Origin: a candidate division WOR-3 bacterium
GTDB lineage: Bacteria; Hydrothermota; Tepidihabitantia; Tepidihabitantales; Tepidihabitantaceae
Direction of reading: 5' to 3'
Assembly (NCBI GenBank): GCA_037441285.1
Contig: JBBISL010000005.1
Location: forward strand, 1 to 64,000
DNA: 64,000 bases
This document shows, piece after piece, positions 39,421 to 49,734 of this stretch. Positions within the stretch are counted from its first letter, which is position 1. The number at the start of each line of letters is the position of its first letter. The notes under the pieces are model-generated. The model was not told the origin of the DNA. It was given only the letters and a program-made list of their open reading frames with translations, and ran no database searches. Made by a program: the position numbers and the translations under genes.

Positions 39421-41078
39421 TCGAGAATCGCCTTCAGGTCTTCTTCGGGTGTTGCGATCGGCGTTAGATTAAATTTGTCCACAAGTATCTGAACAATCCC
39501 GGGCGTGAGAAATGCGGGTAGCGACGGTCCGAGACGGATGTTTTTGATGCCGAGATAGAGCAGGGTCAAAAGCACCGCTACCGCCTTTTGTTCATACCAG
39601 GAAAGGATTAGCGAGAGCGGAAGTTCGTTTGGGTTGACTCCGAGCGACTTGCTTAAGGCGATGATAAACTGGATTGCCGAGTAACTGTCGTTGCATTGGC
39701 CCACATCCCAGAGCCGGGGCAGACCTTCAATCGTCCCGAACTCCAGTTTGTTGAACCGGTACTTACCGCAGGCAAGGGTTAAGATAAGACATTCGTTCGG
39801 GACGAGCTGGGCGAACTGGGTGAAGTAGTTCCTGCCCGGTTTTGCACCGTCACAGCCACCAATCAGAAAGATGTGACGCAGGCGCTGCGATTGAATCAGT
39901 TCGGTTATTTCGTCCACTTTGCTTAACAGGGTGTTGCGGCCAAAGCCCACGGTAATGTAATGCTCGGCACCCTCAGTGCCAAATCCGGGTTGGGCAAGTG
40001 CCGCTTCAATCACCGGGGAAAAGTCATCGCGGTGCACATGACGCACCCCGGGCCAGGCAACGAGTCCGGATGTAAAGATGCGGTCTTTGTAACTCTCCTG
40101 AGGCCGCTGGATACAGTTGGTGGTCATCAGAATCGCACCGGGGAAGAGCGGGAACTCCTTTTGCTGGTTCTGCCAGGCAGAGCCGTAGTTGGCCACGAGG
40201 TGTTTGTAGGCTTTAAGTTTGGGATAGCCATGAGCCGGCAGCATTTCCCCATGGGTGTAGATGTTGATATTTTTGTCTTTGGTCTGCTCAAGGAGGGCGG
40301 CGAGGTCACGCAGGTCATGACCGGAGACACAGATTGCTTTGCCCCGCACCGGGGTAATCCGAACCCGGGTTGGAACTGGCTCGCTATAGTTTAAGGTGTT
40401 TGCCAAATCAAGCAGTTCGGTTACGCTCAGATTGAGTGCGCCGACCGCTAAGGCGTTATTTAACAGTTCCTGGGTGTCAAACTGGTCCCGCGTCAGGTAG
40501 TCAAGTAGTTCGTGAAACCGGGCGTAGAGCCGGTCGTCTTCTTTGCCCAGAATCGCAGCATGGTCGGTATAGGCGGCAGCGCCTTTAAGACCGAAGAGGA
40601 TGAGGTCCATCAGGTCGGCTTGTTCGTCGCCAAAGCGCGCGTGCCGGCTGAGGATGCCGGCCTTTTTGCCCTGTGCGATGAGGCCATCAATATCAGGCGC
40701 CGGAGTCCAGCTGGCAGGTCCAGAAAGGGTTTCCGGTTGAACCCCTTTAGTTCGGCAGGCGTCAAGGTAAAGTTTTTGTGCCCGAGCCTTTAAATCAGCG
40801 GCACGGAACAGAAGCCCTTTCAATCTTTCCGGGTCAAAGTCCACATTGGTGATGGTGGAAAACAGCGCCTCAACCGTAAACAGGTTGATTTCGCAGTCGG
40901 TGGCACCCAAACGCCGGGCACGGTGCGCAAACTGGGCGATGCCTTCGGTCGCGTAGATTAACAGGTCCTGCAAGGTTGCGGTCGTCGGGTCTTTGCCACA
41001 GACTCCCTGAGTTGTGCAACCGGTACCGCCTTTGGTCTGTTCACATTGATAACAGAACATCTTTACTTCTTCATTCAT
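39417..41078 (-). CDS. hcp: hybrid-cluster protein (hydroxylamine reductase)
   Basis: MFCYQCEQT...GC...GVCGK, YTHGEMLPAH, GGCDG, LACGKY, GQCND, SWYEQKA. Confidence 0.97.
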   Translation of the reverse strand: MNEEVKMFCYQCEQTKGGTGCTTQGVCGKDPTTATLQDLLIYATEGIAQFAHRARRLGATDCEINLFTVEALFSTITNVDFDPERLKGLLFRAADLKARAQKLYLDACRTKGVQPETLSGPASWTPAPDIDGLIAQGKKAGILSRHARFGDEQADLMDLILFGLKGAAAYTDHAAILGKEDDRLYARFHELLDYLTRDQFDTQELLNNALAVGALNLSVTELLDLANTLNYSEPVPTRVRITPVRGKAICVSGHDLRDLAALLEQTKDKNINIYTHGEMLPAHGYPKLKAYKHLVANYGSAWQNQQKEFPLFPGAILMTTNCIQRPQESYKDRIFTSGLVAWPGVRHVHRDDFSPVIEAALAQPGFGTEGAEHYITVGFGRNTLLSKVDEITELIQSQRLRHIFLIGGCDGAKPGRNYFTQFAQLVPNECLILTLACGKYRFNKLEFGTIEGLPRLWDVGQCNDSYSAIQFIIALSKSLGVNPNELPLSLILSWYEQKAVAVLLTLLYLGIKNIRLGPSLPAFLTPGIVQILVDKFNLTPIATPEEDLKAILD

Positions 41079-41896
41079 TTCTCCTCCTTGATATTACCAT
41101 CGATACCAAGGGTGATTTCCTTAAATGGGATGTTTTTCCCGCTGGTAGCAAGCGCGTGACGGGCAATTTGCACCAGGCCATAACAGCAGGGCACCTCCAT
41201 ATGTAAACAGGTTACCGAAAGGATGCTATTCTCCTGGAAGATGCTTGTCAACTTCTCTAAGTAGAACTGGGCATCGTCCAGTTTGGGACAGGCGATGAGC
41301 AGGACCTTACCGGCAAGGAATTCGGGATGAAATGCGGTGCTGGTAAAACCGGTGCAGTCAGCAGCGAGCAGGAGGTGGGCGTTGTTAAAGTATGGAGCAT
41401 GGACTGGGACAAGGGTTAACTGAATGGGCCAGGTGGTGAGCTGTGATTCCGGGCGAGTGGTATCAGGTGCCGGTTTTTCTTTTGGTGTCAGACGGCGTAC
41501 CTGAGTGCCCGGGCAACCACAGGCAAGCGCCGGTTTTTCGTCTGGTATCGGGATGTCGTGTTCTTTCAGGTAGGCGATTGCTTCCTCATAAAATTTCTGG
41601 GCACCGTGCTCTTTTAAGTGCTTAAGATGGGCGCGGATGGTATTGGCACCGGCGCGCACGATATTCCCCATCACCTTTCGTTCATCATAGGGTTCGGCAG
41701 GTCGTTCTTCAATGGTGAGCGCGCCCTCTGGACAGGTGCCAACACAGGCACCCAAACCATCACAAAACAGGTCAGAAATCAGCCGTGCCTTGCCGTCAAT
41801 TACCTGCAGCGCACCTTCCGGGCAGTTGGGGATACAAAAACCACAGCCCGTGCACTTTTCTTCATCAATACGGATTATTTTTCTTGTCTTCTTCAT
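41075..41896 (-). CDS. 4Fe-4S dicluster-domain protein (hcp-associated)
   Basis: CTGCGFCIPNCP, CDGLGACVGTCP, CGCPG, WPIQL, CPKLD, MEVPCC. Confidence 0.9.
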   Translation of the reverse strand: MKKTRKIIRIDEEKCTGCGFCIPNCPEGALQVIDGKARLISDLFCDGLGACVGTCPEGALTIEERPAEPYDERKVMGNIVRAGANTIRAHLKHLKEHGAQKFYEEAIAYLKEHDIPIPDEKPALACGCPGTQVRRLTPKEKPAPDTTRPESQLTTWPIQLTLVPVHAPYFNNAHLLLAADCTGFTSTAFHPEFLAGKVLLIACPKLDDAQFYLEKLTSIFQENSILSVTCLHMEVPCCYGLVQIARHALATSGKNIPFKEITLGIDGNIKEEK

Positions 41897-42309
41897 TTTT
41901 CCTCCAGATTTAATTTAACTGCGGCTAAACTGGTCGTCTTCAAGTACCGGACCAGTTGGCGATTGGTTTTTAAAAGGAAATTTCCCACCGGGCAGCCACC
42001 GTGGCATATCGGGATGGCAAAAGGACAGTGGTTGACTTCGACTGTGCCAACGACCGCCTGATAGACCGCAAGCAGGCTTATTTCCTTTGCCGGTCGCGTC
42101 AGAAGATAACCGCCCATTGGTCCGGTTTTTCCCTTGACCAAACCGGCTTTTTCCAGTTGCACCAGTACTTTTGCCAGATGGGCAGCAGAGACACCAAGGA
42201 TTCGGGCAAGGCGGTTGATTGTCCAGCGTTCAGCGGGATGATGGGCAAGGATTAATGCGGCATGGAGCCCGAGGCGGGCTGCTTCCGGGGTGTTAACCAA
42301 TTCTGCCAT
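41893..42309 (-). CDS. Rrf2-family transcriptional regulator
   Basis: Winged HTH HLAKVL..L.KAGLV....GP.GGY.L; three Cys (CPFAIPICHGGC). Confidence 0.92.
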   Translation of the reverse strand: MAELVNTPEAARLGLHAALILAHHPAERWTINRLARILGVSAAHLAKVLVQLEKAGLVKGKTGPMGGYLLTRPAKEISLLAVYQAVVGTVEVNHCPFAIPICHGGCPVGNFLLKTNRQLVRYLKTTSLAAVKLNLEEK

Positions 42310-42346
42310 TATGGTATAATAATACCATATTTATTGGTTTTGTCAA
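42310..42346 (-). promoter_or_regulatory. promoter with overlapping palindromic operator for the Rrf2-hcp operon
   Basis: TTGACA (42346-42341), 16 bp, TATTAT; perfect inverted repeat TATGGTAT-AATA-ATACCATA (42310-42329). Confidence 0.7.
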
Positions 42347-42910
42347 GAAAATTCTTCATTGAACTTGATGGTGGGGCGTACGGGTAATGAGAAGCGGAAA
42401 ATGTTTGCCCGATTGCCTTAACTATATTTATATTATGGGGTTCTCCCGGCGGGTTGCAAAAAATCGCCCGATTTGGGCTTATGGGGTGTTGGAAGTTGTA
42501 AATTTTAATGGAATTTTTCGGGTAAAAATTAAGAGAGTCTGCCCGGAGGTAGTAGGAATCTTACAGGATAGTAAAGAGTTTATTTTGCCGGATTGGTTAT
42601 TGAGGGGAATTTAAGGTATAACATTACAGATTTTCAATAAGATAGACTTGGGGAGGGAGTTGGAAATTGGTTGCAGGGTGAAAAGAGGAATGGTTAAATG
42701 GACGGGGCGTAAATGGGTGGTGAAGACTATCCCGGTGATTGCCCCCGGGCAGGGGAGGGTACGAAAACCTTGCGGTTTGACAGGCGGTAACGATTGGCTA
42801 CACTTGATTGATAAAGGAGAAAAGGTTGATAGACGCATCAGGTTTGCCTTCCTGGTTTAGATACCGGCGCTACGGGATTGGGGTGATGTCAGGATTTTGG
42901 TGGTAGACCG

Positions 42911-43603
42911 GTGCGGTTGATATTGATTATCAGTTTTGTGGCGCTTGTTGAAGCTATGCCGGTAGTGCCCGATATCGGGCTGGGGTATCGAATTGAGCCC
43001 GGAGTTGAGAAAAAAGTGGTTATTGGGGGTGGGGTACTGGTGACATTCAGAAGCAGGATAGCGCTTGATGCCGGGGTTTACGGAAATTTCGGGGAAAATT
43101 CCGGGCTGGGCGGCTATGCGTTCAAGGGTGAATTCGGTTTGCCGGTAATTTCCCAATGGCGTTGGGTATTGGGGTTTCAGCATCAGGAGTGGCGGGACTG
43201 GCGGTGCGGTGAGAATCGGACTTTTTTCTTGCTTAATTGCACAGGTTTCGGGCGGTTGGCGGCAGGAGTTGGGGTTGCCCGGCGTCAAGGGGTATTTGAT
43301 ACCACAAAGTTTAGCGAGCCCTGGGTGTTTACCGGTGCGGCGGGCGAATGGAACCTTTTGTATCGGCTCGAGTGGACGGTTTGGGAGACGGCTCGAGCGG
43401 AGTTAGGGTTGTTTTTGTCCAATATCAGTCGGTACCAGATTCATAACCCGCAGATGTTTCCTTTTGGTGTTAGCGTTGGCTATCAGGTGGCACCGCACTG
43501 GCGGATGTCATTTGTCGGGCGAAGCACGGTAAAGGGTTTTTCCGCCTTGCTCTTTTCACCCGGGGAGTTTGAGGCGTGCCTTGGGGTCAGGTATGAGAAC
43601 TAG
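42911..43603 (+). CDS. hypothetical exported protein, possible beta-barrel
   Basis: Signal peptide; alternating aromatic strands; ends LGVRYEN; overlaps the next gene. Confidence 0.6.
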   Translation: MRLILIISFVALVEAMPVVPDIGLGYRIEPGVEKKVVIGGGVLVTFRSRIALDAGVYGNFGENSGLGGYAFKGEFGLPVISQWRWVLGFQHQEWRDWRCGENRTFFLLNCTGFGRLAAGVGVARRQGVFDTTKFSEPWVFTGAAGEWNLLYRLEWTVWETARAELGLFLSNISRYQIHNPQMFPFGVSVGYQVAPHWRMSFVGRSTVKGFSALLFSPGEFEACLGVRYEN

Positions 43604-44420
43604 GATAAGTCTATTTTTCGGGGTTCTTTTACTGGTTATTTTCGGGTGTGAGGCGGACCTGAAAGAGGCGTTTTTCCATCCCGATGGGGAAAAGAGGGTA
43701 AAGGAAAGTTTTGCTCTTACCGCGCCGGCACCGGTTCCGGTAGGTGACACATTTGAGTTTGCGGTGTTTGGTGATGTGCACATCGGGAAAGCGGCGGGGT
43801 GTTATCTGGAACGGTTTCGGCGCGATGTGGATTCGCTGGGAATTGATTTCTTTTGTGTTTTAGGCGACATTACTGACCACGGCGCAGGAGTGGAGTATGA
43901 CTCCGCCCGACAGGTGCTGGCAGCAATCGCCCCGTTTTATGCGACGACTGGGAATCACGACCTTTACTCTACATCAGGTTGGGAAGATTTTAAGCAGACC
44001 TTCGGACCGGCGACTTATGAGGTGCGGATGGGTACAAAGCTGAAACTAATTTTCTTCGACACAGCAGAGGGTGAGGTGGGCGAAACCCAGTTTGACTGGC
44101 TGGAGAAGGTTCTTGCCGATACAAACACAGTAAAACTGGTTTTTACCCACTTTCCGCTCTACGACGGCACTCTACCCGGCCCATTTCGACTTGCCTCCAA
44201 TTCCGAGCGGGCGAAGTTGATGAGTTTACTTGTTAAAAATCGGGTTTATGCCTATTGCTGCGGCCATATCCACGGCTGGCGGCAAAGCACAATCAACGGT
44301 GTTCATCACCTGATTGTGGGCACGATGTCCCAAGCCCTGGACTTTGGTCCCCCAGGCTACCTTCTGTTTGTTGTAAAAGGCGATTCAATCTCCTGGCGGT
44401 TTGTATCGTTTACCAGATAA
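43593..44420 (+). CDS. metallophosphoesterase lipoprotein (calcineurin-like)
   Basis: Lipobox IFGC; GDVH, LGDIT, GNHD, TH.P, GHIH. Confidence 0.9.
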   Translation: MRTRISLFFGVLLLVIFGCEADLKEAFFHPDGEKRVKESFALTAPAPVPVGDTFEFAVFGDVHIGKAAGCYLERFRRDVDSLGIDFFCVLGDITDHGAGVEYDSARQVLAAIAPFYATTGNHDLYSTSGWEDFKQTFGPATYEVRMGTKLKLIFFDTAEGEVGETQFDWLEKVLADTNTVKLVFTHFPLYDGTLPGPFRLASNSERAKLMSLLVKNRVYAYCCGHIHGWRQSTINGVHHLIVGTMSQALDFGPPGYLLFVVKGDSISWRFVSFTR

Positions 44421-44555
44421 GGGGTATTTAGCTGAAAGTAACAGCAAAATTTAGAAGAAGATTGCTTATAATTTAATGCCATGGGGGCGGTAATTGACTT
44501 TCTCGAGTTAATATCAATAATTAAACTGAAGGCAAATAACTTGAAAGGAGTGTTT

Positions 44556-45149
44556 ATGACAACCGCAGGGAATATCATATACCGCACCAGTGTTGGTGTG
44601 GTTTTTGTTGCATTGCTTGCCGGGTGCGTCGCTACCCCAGCGATGAGGAAGGCGATGCAGCCTTATTCGATTTCGGCACAGTTTGACCTTTCTAAGCCGT
44701 GGCGGATTGCAGTGTTGCCGGTTCAACTGACCGGTGATTCCGATAATGAGATGAGTACCGATTTGGTGGAACGGGCTCAGATGCAGTTGATGAAGGTTTT
44801 AAACTTTTCGGTTGTTGACCGGAGTGCGGTGGAGGCGGTTTTGAAGGAGCAGGAGTTTTCTTACTCCGGGTTAGTTGACCCCGAGACCGCCGCCCGTTTG
44901 GGAAAGTTGATGGGTGCTTCAGCGGTGCTGTTGATTAAGGTGGGACAGGTAAAGCACGACCCGTTTTTCTCCGACTCACCAAACCAAAGGGATGCACAGT
45001 TGAATGTACGCATCATCGGGGTTGAGACCGGTGAGGTTTTGTATTCGGCGCAGGGGCAGGGTTCCAGTTTTGAAGGACCGGAAGAAGCACTGGCGAGCGC
45101 GCTGGATGTTGCGCTACTGCCTTTGCTGGAAAAAGGAGGTGTTAAATGA
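44556..45149 (+). CDS. CsgG/FlgO-like lipoprotein
   Basis: ATG 44556 follows AGGAG; lipobox LAGC; IAVLP...VVDRS.VE.VLKEQ.F..SGLVD..TAARLGKL.GA. Confidence 0.75.
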   Translation: MTTAGNIIYRTSVGVVFVALLAGCVATPAMRKAMQPYSISAQFDLSKPWRIAVLPVQLTGDSDNEMSTDLVERAQMQLMKVLNFSVVDRSAVEAVLKEQEFSYSGLVDPETAARLGKLMGASAVLLIKVGQVKHDPFFSDSPNQRDAQLNVRIIGVETGEVLYSAQGQGSSFEGPEEALASALDVALLPLLEKGGVK

Positions 45150-46129
45150 AAACGGTCGGTTTTTTGCTCTTGACGATTGTCCTTTTTGTCTCCTGTGTAA
45201 GTTCTGGTGTCGGTGTACGGAATGCAGGTACCGCCCAAATGCCAACCGAGGCGCCGGCAAGTGGACCAGTACAGATGCCCCCGATGCCGCGCGAGACAAG
45301 CGAGGTTGTGCCCCTGCCCGTGGAGGAGATTGTTTCTCCGGGTGAGGTGGTGGAGCCGGTGCCAGGTGGAGTTATTGATTGGGGTGCTAAGGTGGTGCGA
45401 GCGCGCGGTTCGGGCGTTGTTGACCCCGGAGACCCAAATCCGGCGCGTGCCCGGTTGATGGCAGAGCGCGCCGCGGTGGTTGTTGCCCAGCGCAACCTCC
45501 TCGAGATTATCAAAGGGGTGCGGGTTGATTCTGACACCAAGGTGGAGAACTTCGTTACGAAATTTGATGTGATTTACACCCATCTTGAAGGGATAGTTAA
45601 AGGGGCGCGCCAGGTAGGGCCGGCGCGGTTCGATTCGGCGAGTGGTGTGGTTGAGGTGGAACTTGAGGTCAACCTTACCGGTCCCCAGAGTGTAAGCGAT
45701 GCGCTGGAGCCAGCGATTTTGCAACCCGGAGGGGCGGTGCCGGAAGTTCAAGCATCAGCAAGCGTCCGGGAGTTTTTGCAGAAGTATTCGGCGCTGGTTT
45801 TTGACGCCGGGAACAGCGGCTTAAAGCCGGCGCTTTTCCCGAAGATTTACGACGAAGCGGGCAACCTGCTTCTTGATACAAAAGAACTGTATCAGTACAC
45901 CGGAACAACGGGCCAGAAGGTGGTTCATTATATCGGGAAACTGGATGAGATTCTTTCCCGTCCCGAGTTTGCCAACCAGCCCTTAGTTTTGAAGATTAAA
46001 CAGGTCCGGGGTAAGATGGGTGCGGATATTGTCCTGAGTAAAGAGGATGCGGATAAACTTAAGTGGCTTAAAGATGGTGCTCGTTTCCTGTTTGATGCCG
46101 GCCGGTTTCTCATAAAACTTCTTCTGTAA
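45146..46129 (+). CDS. LPP20/FlgP-like lipoprotein
   Basis: Lipobox FVSC; IDW....V.A.G.G...ARL.A.RAA...AQRNL.E.I.GV.VDS.T.V. Confidence 0.65.
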   Translation: MKTVGFLLLTIVLFVSCVSSGVGVRNAGTAQMPTEAPASGPVQMPPMPRETSEVVPLPVEEIVSPGEVVEPVPGGVIDWGAKVVRARGSGVVDPGDPNPARARLMAERAAVVVAQRNLLEIIKGVRVDSDTKVENFVTKFDVIYTHLEGIVKGARQVGPARFDSASGVVEVELEVNLTGPQSVSDALEPAILQPGGAVPEVQASASVREFLQKYSALVFDAGNSGLKPALFPKIYDEAGNLLLDTKELYQYTGTTGQKVVHYIGKLDEILSRPEFANQPLVLKIKQVRGKMGADIVLSKEDADKLKWLKDGARFLFDAGRFLIKLLL

Positions 46130-46139
46130 GGTGGCGGAA

Positions 46140-47345
46140 ATGGCGAATGGGAAAAGACTAATACTGTTTTTCGGGCTTTTTTGTTTGTCCTGTTACTACC
46201 CCGGATACAGTCCGACACCGGTTCAAACCCAGACGACTGAGGTTGTGCTGAGCGGTGGTGAAGGAACTGAAATTCTCGCCGAAGGCGTGGCAGCAATTAC
46301 CGGCGATGTAGCGATGGCGCGGGACCAGGCATTGAAGGATGCCCTGCGTAAGGCGGTAGAGCAAGGGGTGGGTACTTTTATCAACTCCGAGACCCGGGTT
46401 GAGAACTTTCAGTTGCTCTCGGACCGGATATACTCCCAGGTGCAGGGTTATGTTTCTTCTTATCGGTTGATTAGTGAATCAAGGGAGGCTGGTCTTTATC
46501 GGGTCGTGGTGCGGGCAAAGGTGAAACTGGAGCGGATTGAGGACGACCTGAGGGCGATTGGGATTTTGATTGCCGAACAGGGGAGGCCCAGGGTGATGGT
46601 GGTGGTGCGAAAGGTGGCAAATCCGGTTGCAGTTACAATCAGTGCAGAGACGATGGCACCGGAATTGGTGGAAACGATGTTGACCGCAGCGTTTCAGGAA
46701 AAAGGTTTTCCGGTAGTTGACCGGGCAACCGTGGAGAAAAATCTGGACCGGGAGCGGTTGCGCAAGATTCTCGAAGGAGATACGCAAGCAGCAATGCTTT
46801 TAGGGACTGCCACGGGCGCGGAAATCGGGGTGGTGGGAACTTTGCAGGAGACGATGGCGCGAAAAAAGGTTCCTTATACTCAGGAGGAACGAGATTATCA
46901 CCGCATTGAGTTAAGTGCGCGAGCAATTAACCTGAGCAGCGGTGAGGTCCTTGGTGCCGGCGTGGTAAATGCCGAGGCGCCGTTCAGTGCCGAAGCGGCA
47001 AGGCGGGTGGCGGCAGACTCAATTAGCCGAATTTTGATTTCCCGCATCCTTTCCGGCTGGAAGCGGCGGGAGAATGTTACTTTGATTTACGCCCGTAATG
47101 CGGATTTCCAGAAAGTAGAGATTTTTAAGTCCGAGGTGCGAGCAAAAGTGCGAGGGGTGAGTGCGGTACTTACCAGGGAGTTGAGCGGCAGTGATGCGGT
47201 GATTGAGATTGTGTCCGAGACGGCAACACCCGAGGTCATCGAGCAGATTAGTAGCCGGGAAATGGCGGTTCGGTTTCAGATTGAGGGCATTGCGGGGAAC
47301 CGGATTGACATCAGGTTTTTGGAAGAAACCGAGCGGCAGAATTAG
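46140..47345 (+). CDS. FlgT N-terminal-domain lipoprotein
   Basis: Lipobox CLSC; AEG.A......ARDQAL.DALRKAVEQ.VG..I.SET.VENF.L..D.I.....GYV. Confidence 0.7.
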   Translation: MANGKRLILFFGLFCLSCYYPGYSPTPVQTQTTEVVLSGGEGTEILAEGVAAITGDVAMARDQALKDALRKAVEQGVGTFINSETRVENFQLLSDRIYSQVQGYVSSYRLISESREAGLYRVVVRAKVKLERIEDDLRAIGILIAEQGRPRVMVVVRKVANPVAVTISAETMAPELVETMLTAAFQEKGFPVVDRATVEKNLDRERLRKILEGDTQAAMLLGTATGAEIGVVGTLQETMARKKVPYTQEERDYHRIELSARAINLSSGEVLGAGVVNAEAPFSAEAARRVAADSISRILISRILSGWKRRENVTLIYARNADFQKVEIFKSEVRAKVRGVSAVLTRELSGSDAVIEIVSETATPEVIEQISSREMAVRFQIEGIAGNRIDIRFLEETERQN

Positions 47346-47400
47346 CAGGTATCAACGGTAATTAATCTGCTTTTTTGAAATCGGCAGCGGGCGCTTTACT

Positions 47401-47428
47401 TTGACAGGGTGCAATTGAAAGGTAAAAT
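47401..47428 (+). promoter_or_regulatory. sigma70 promoter
   Basis: TTGACA-16 bp-TAAAAT. Confidence 0.65.
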
Positions 47429-47450
47429 TCCGTTAAGAAAGGAGATGAAG

Positions 47451-47996
47451 ATGCGGATAAAAACAGGTATTTTCGCAGTTATAATACTTTGTTTTGGGTT
47501 GAGTATCGCCAGTGAGACTGATACACTTAAACCGTCTGCGGTATTTATTCATCCTGACGCCCGGGGTAAACTGCCGATAATTGGGAATGTGGCGGTGGCA
47601 CTCAGCGGGGTTGACGAGCAGAGCACCCGATTGCTGGAAGATGCGCTGGCGCTACTTTTGCTTGCTGAGAGCGTCAAGGTGGTTTATCCTTCGGACAAGG
47701 ATGTCGGTAAAATGCGCGCCCAACTGCCCGAACCGATTGAATGGGCGAAGAAACAGGGTGTGAATTGCCTTTTGACCGGAACCGTGGTGGCACGATGCAC
47801 CCATTGTGCTCACGGTAAGTCGCGCTGCTCAAATGAAGGGATAAGGGCGGTTTCGTTTACCCTGGTGGATGTGCCTGAGGACAAGATGCTCCTCTGGGCG
47901 CTTTATGAACCAACAAATACCGTGACCCCGACCGATTTTGCCCGGTCGTTTATCGGTTTAATAAAAGAAAACCTTAAAGAGGAGGAGAAAAAATGA
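47451..47996 (+). CDS. hypothetical exported protein
   Basis: SD AGGAG, signal peptide, CTHCAH...C segment; coupled to the next gene. Confidence 0.6.
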   Translation: MRIKTGIFAVIILCFGLSIASETDTLKPSAVFIHPDARGKLPIIGNVAVALSGVDEQSTRLLEDALALLLLAESVKVVYPSDKDVGKMRAQLPEPIEWAKKQGVNCLLTGTVVARCTHCAHGKSRCSNEGIRAVSFTLVDVPEDKMLLWALYEPTNTVTPTDFARSFIGLIKENLKEEEKK

Positions 47997-48565
47997 AACG
48001 GCTGGCTTTTCTGGCGCCGGTGCTTTTATTCTTTGCCTGCGCCACATCTCATTATGTCCGTCCCGATGAGGTAACCGAATGGGACTACACTTATAGCGAT
48101 ACCGATATGAAGCTTCTTGCCGAAAAGATGGTGCAGTCACTGGCAGAGTTAAACCTGCCAGCACGGTCCGACACCGGCAAACCGGTACTGGCTTTTCTTG
48201 CCATTGGCAACCGGACCTCCCAGCACATCGACACCGAAGGGATTGCGGAGAAGATTATGGTGGCGCTGGTAAAACTGGGGAAGTTCCGGATTGTGGACCG
48301 AGAACTGTTGAAACAGCAGGCAAAGGAGATTGCGCTCCAGGAGACGCAACGGATTGATGTTGAGGGGGCGGTAAAACTGGGAAACCTCATCGGTGCCGAC
48401 TACTTCCTTACCGGGGATGTGATGAGCATTGAGAAGACCAAGGGCGCGACAACGCTCGCCTATTACAAACTGACGATGCGGCTGGTTAATGTCCGGACTT
48501 CAGAAATCGTCTGGGCGGATGAACAGGAACTGAAGAAGAAGAGCACCAAGTCCTGGTACGAGTAA
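47993..48565 (+). CDS. LpoB-like (COG3417/CsgG-fold) lipoprotein
   Basis: Lipobox FFAC; D....A.KMV.SL; I.NRTS.HIDT; GADY.L.G; YY.L.M.L....T.EIVW. Confidence 0.8.
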   Translation: MKRLAFLAPVLLFFACATSHYVRPDEVTEWDYTYSDTDMKLLAEKMVQSLAELNLPARSDTGKPVLAFLAIGNRTSQHIDTEGIAEKIMVALVKLGKFRIVDRELLKQQAKEIALQETQRIDVEGAVKLGNLIGADYFLTGDVMSIEKTKGATTLAYYKLTMRLVNVRTSEIVWADEQELKKKSTKSWYE

Positions 48566-48572
48566 ACGGCTA

Positions 48573-49721
48573 ATGAGCCGAGCGGGCGTCCTTTTACTCC
48601 TGGGCGCGCTGTTTTTTATAACCTGCGTGCCGGTTGCGCCCACCGTACCATCAGCACCCACGCCCCGCTACTTCTCAAACCTCTCCTATGAAAATGCGAT
48701 TGAACGGTATCGAAAAGTTGTTGAAGAGAAGTTTCAAAAGCAGGACCTTTCCTACATCCTTTCCCTTTTGAGTTACGGGATTACCAACTTTTACGGCGGA
48801 AAGCAGGCGGATGCCAAACGGGCGTTTCTCGCGGCGTACAAAGTTGATGCCGGTGAGCGTCCTGAGGCGGCAAAGCTTTATGACTGGTTGGTGGTGGATT
48901 CGAGAACAGTTTACAAATTGAAGAAGCGCGAGCGGGAACTGGTCCACTTATATCTCGGGCTGTGTTATCTTTTTGAAAATAACCTTGAGGAGGCGCTGGT
49001 GGAGTTTAAAAAACTGCGCCAGTTTGACCAGGATGCTTCCACCCTCCCGATTGTCAACTTTTATACCGGACTGTTGTACGAGAAGATGGAGAAGTTTGAT
49101 GATGCGCTGATTGAGTTCCGACAACTCGAAACACTCGGTATCAAAGGCTTGGTACGAAATGTTGAACTGATGCGGGACAGCGGTTATATCCTTGCCGGCG
49201 ATTCAATTGAACTGGTGGTCCAGGTGGAGCATCAAACGGTTGGTTCAATCGGAAGAACAGAGGTATATGCGGACAGTTCCCTTTTAGTGACGGTTCTACC
49301 TGAGGTGAGCGACAGTTTTGCGGTACGGTTAAGCCGAGCCGAGGCGAATCGTAAAGCAGCACAGGAGGCGGGTGCCAAAGCAGCGCGTATCGGGCTGCGG
49401 GTTTTATCGGCGGTGCTTCTGGAAAAGGCGTTGCCCGGTATCGGGGAAGAACTGGCGGACAATATCGCTGATATCACATTGGGCAAGGAGGAAGAGAATC
49501 GGGACATCCGTGCCTGGGGTTATGCACCATTAAACTTCGCCTTTGCCCGGATGCGGATTCCCAAGTCAACCAGCAAGGCGCGGCTGGTGTTTTACAACCG
49601 GGCAGGCAGTATGCTGGGCTACTGTGACTATCCGCTCCGGGGCGAAAATAGCCGGGCGGCTTATGCGGCGGGGATGTTTTTCATCGTCGCCGGTCTGGCT
49701 GAGGAGTTTTATGTGTATTAA
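48573..49721 (+). CDS. TPR-containing lipoprotein (COG3014-like)
   Basis: Lipobox FITC; helical repeats YLGLCYL....LEEALVEFKK; D.R.W motif near the C-terminus. Confidence 0.65.
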   Translation: MSRAGVLLLLGALFFITCVPVAPTVPSAPTPRYFSNLSYENAIERYRKVVEEKFQKQDLSYILSLLSYGITNFYGGKQADAKRAFLAAYKVDAGERPEAAKLYDWLVVDSRTVYKLKKRERELVHLYLGLCYLFENNLEEALVEFKKLRQFDQDASTLPIVNFYTGLLYEKMEKFDDALIEFRQLETLGIKGLVRNVELMRDSGYILAGDSIELVVQVEHQTVGSIGRTEVYADSSLLVTVLPEVSDSFAVRLSRAEANRKAAQEAGAKAARIGLRVLSAVLLEKALPGIGEELADNIADITLGKEEENRDIRAWGYAPLNFAFARMRIPKSTSKARLVFYNRAGSMLGYCDYPLRGENSRAAYAAGMFFIVAGLAEEFYVY

Positions 49722-49734
49722 AAAGGAGGTTAGA

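Noticed and set aside
42350..42910. CRISPR array or leader
   Set aside because: No direct repeats with spacers and no cas genes.
47796..47830. c-type heme-binding motif in CTHCAH
   Set aside because: The pattern is CxxCxH, not CxxCH; it may bind metal or form disulfides instead.
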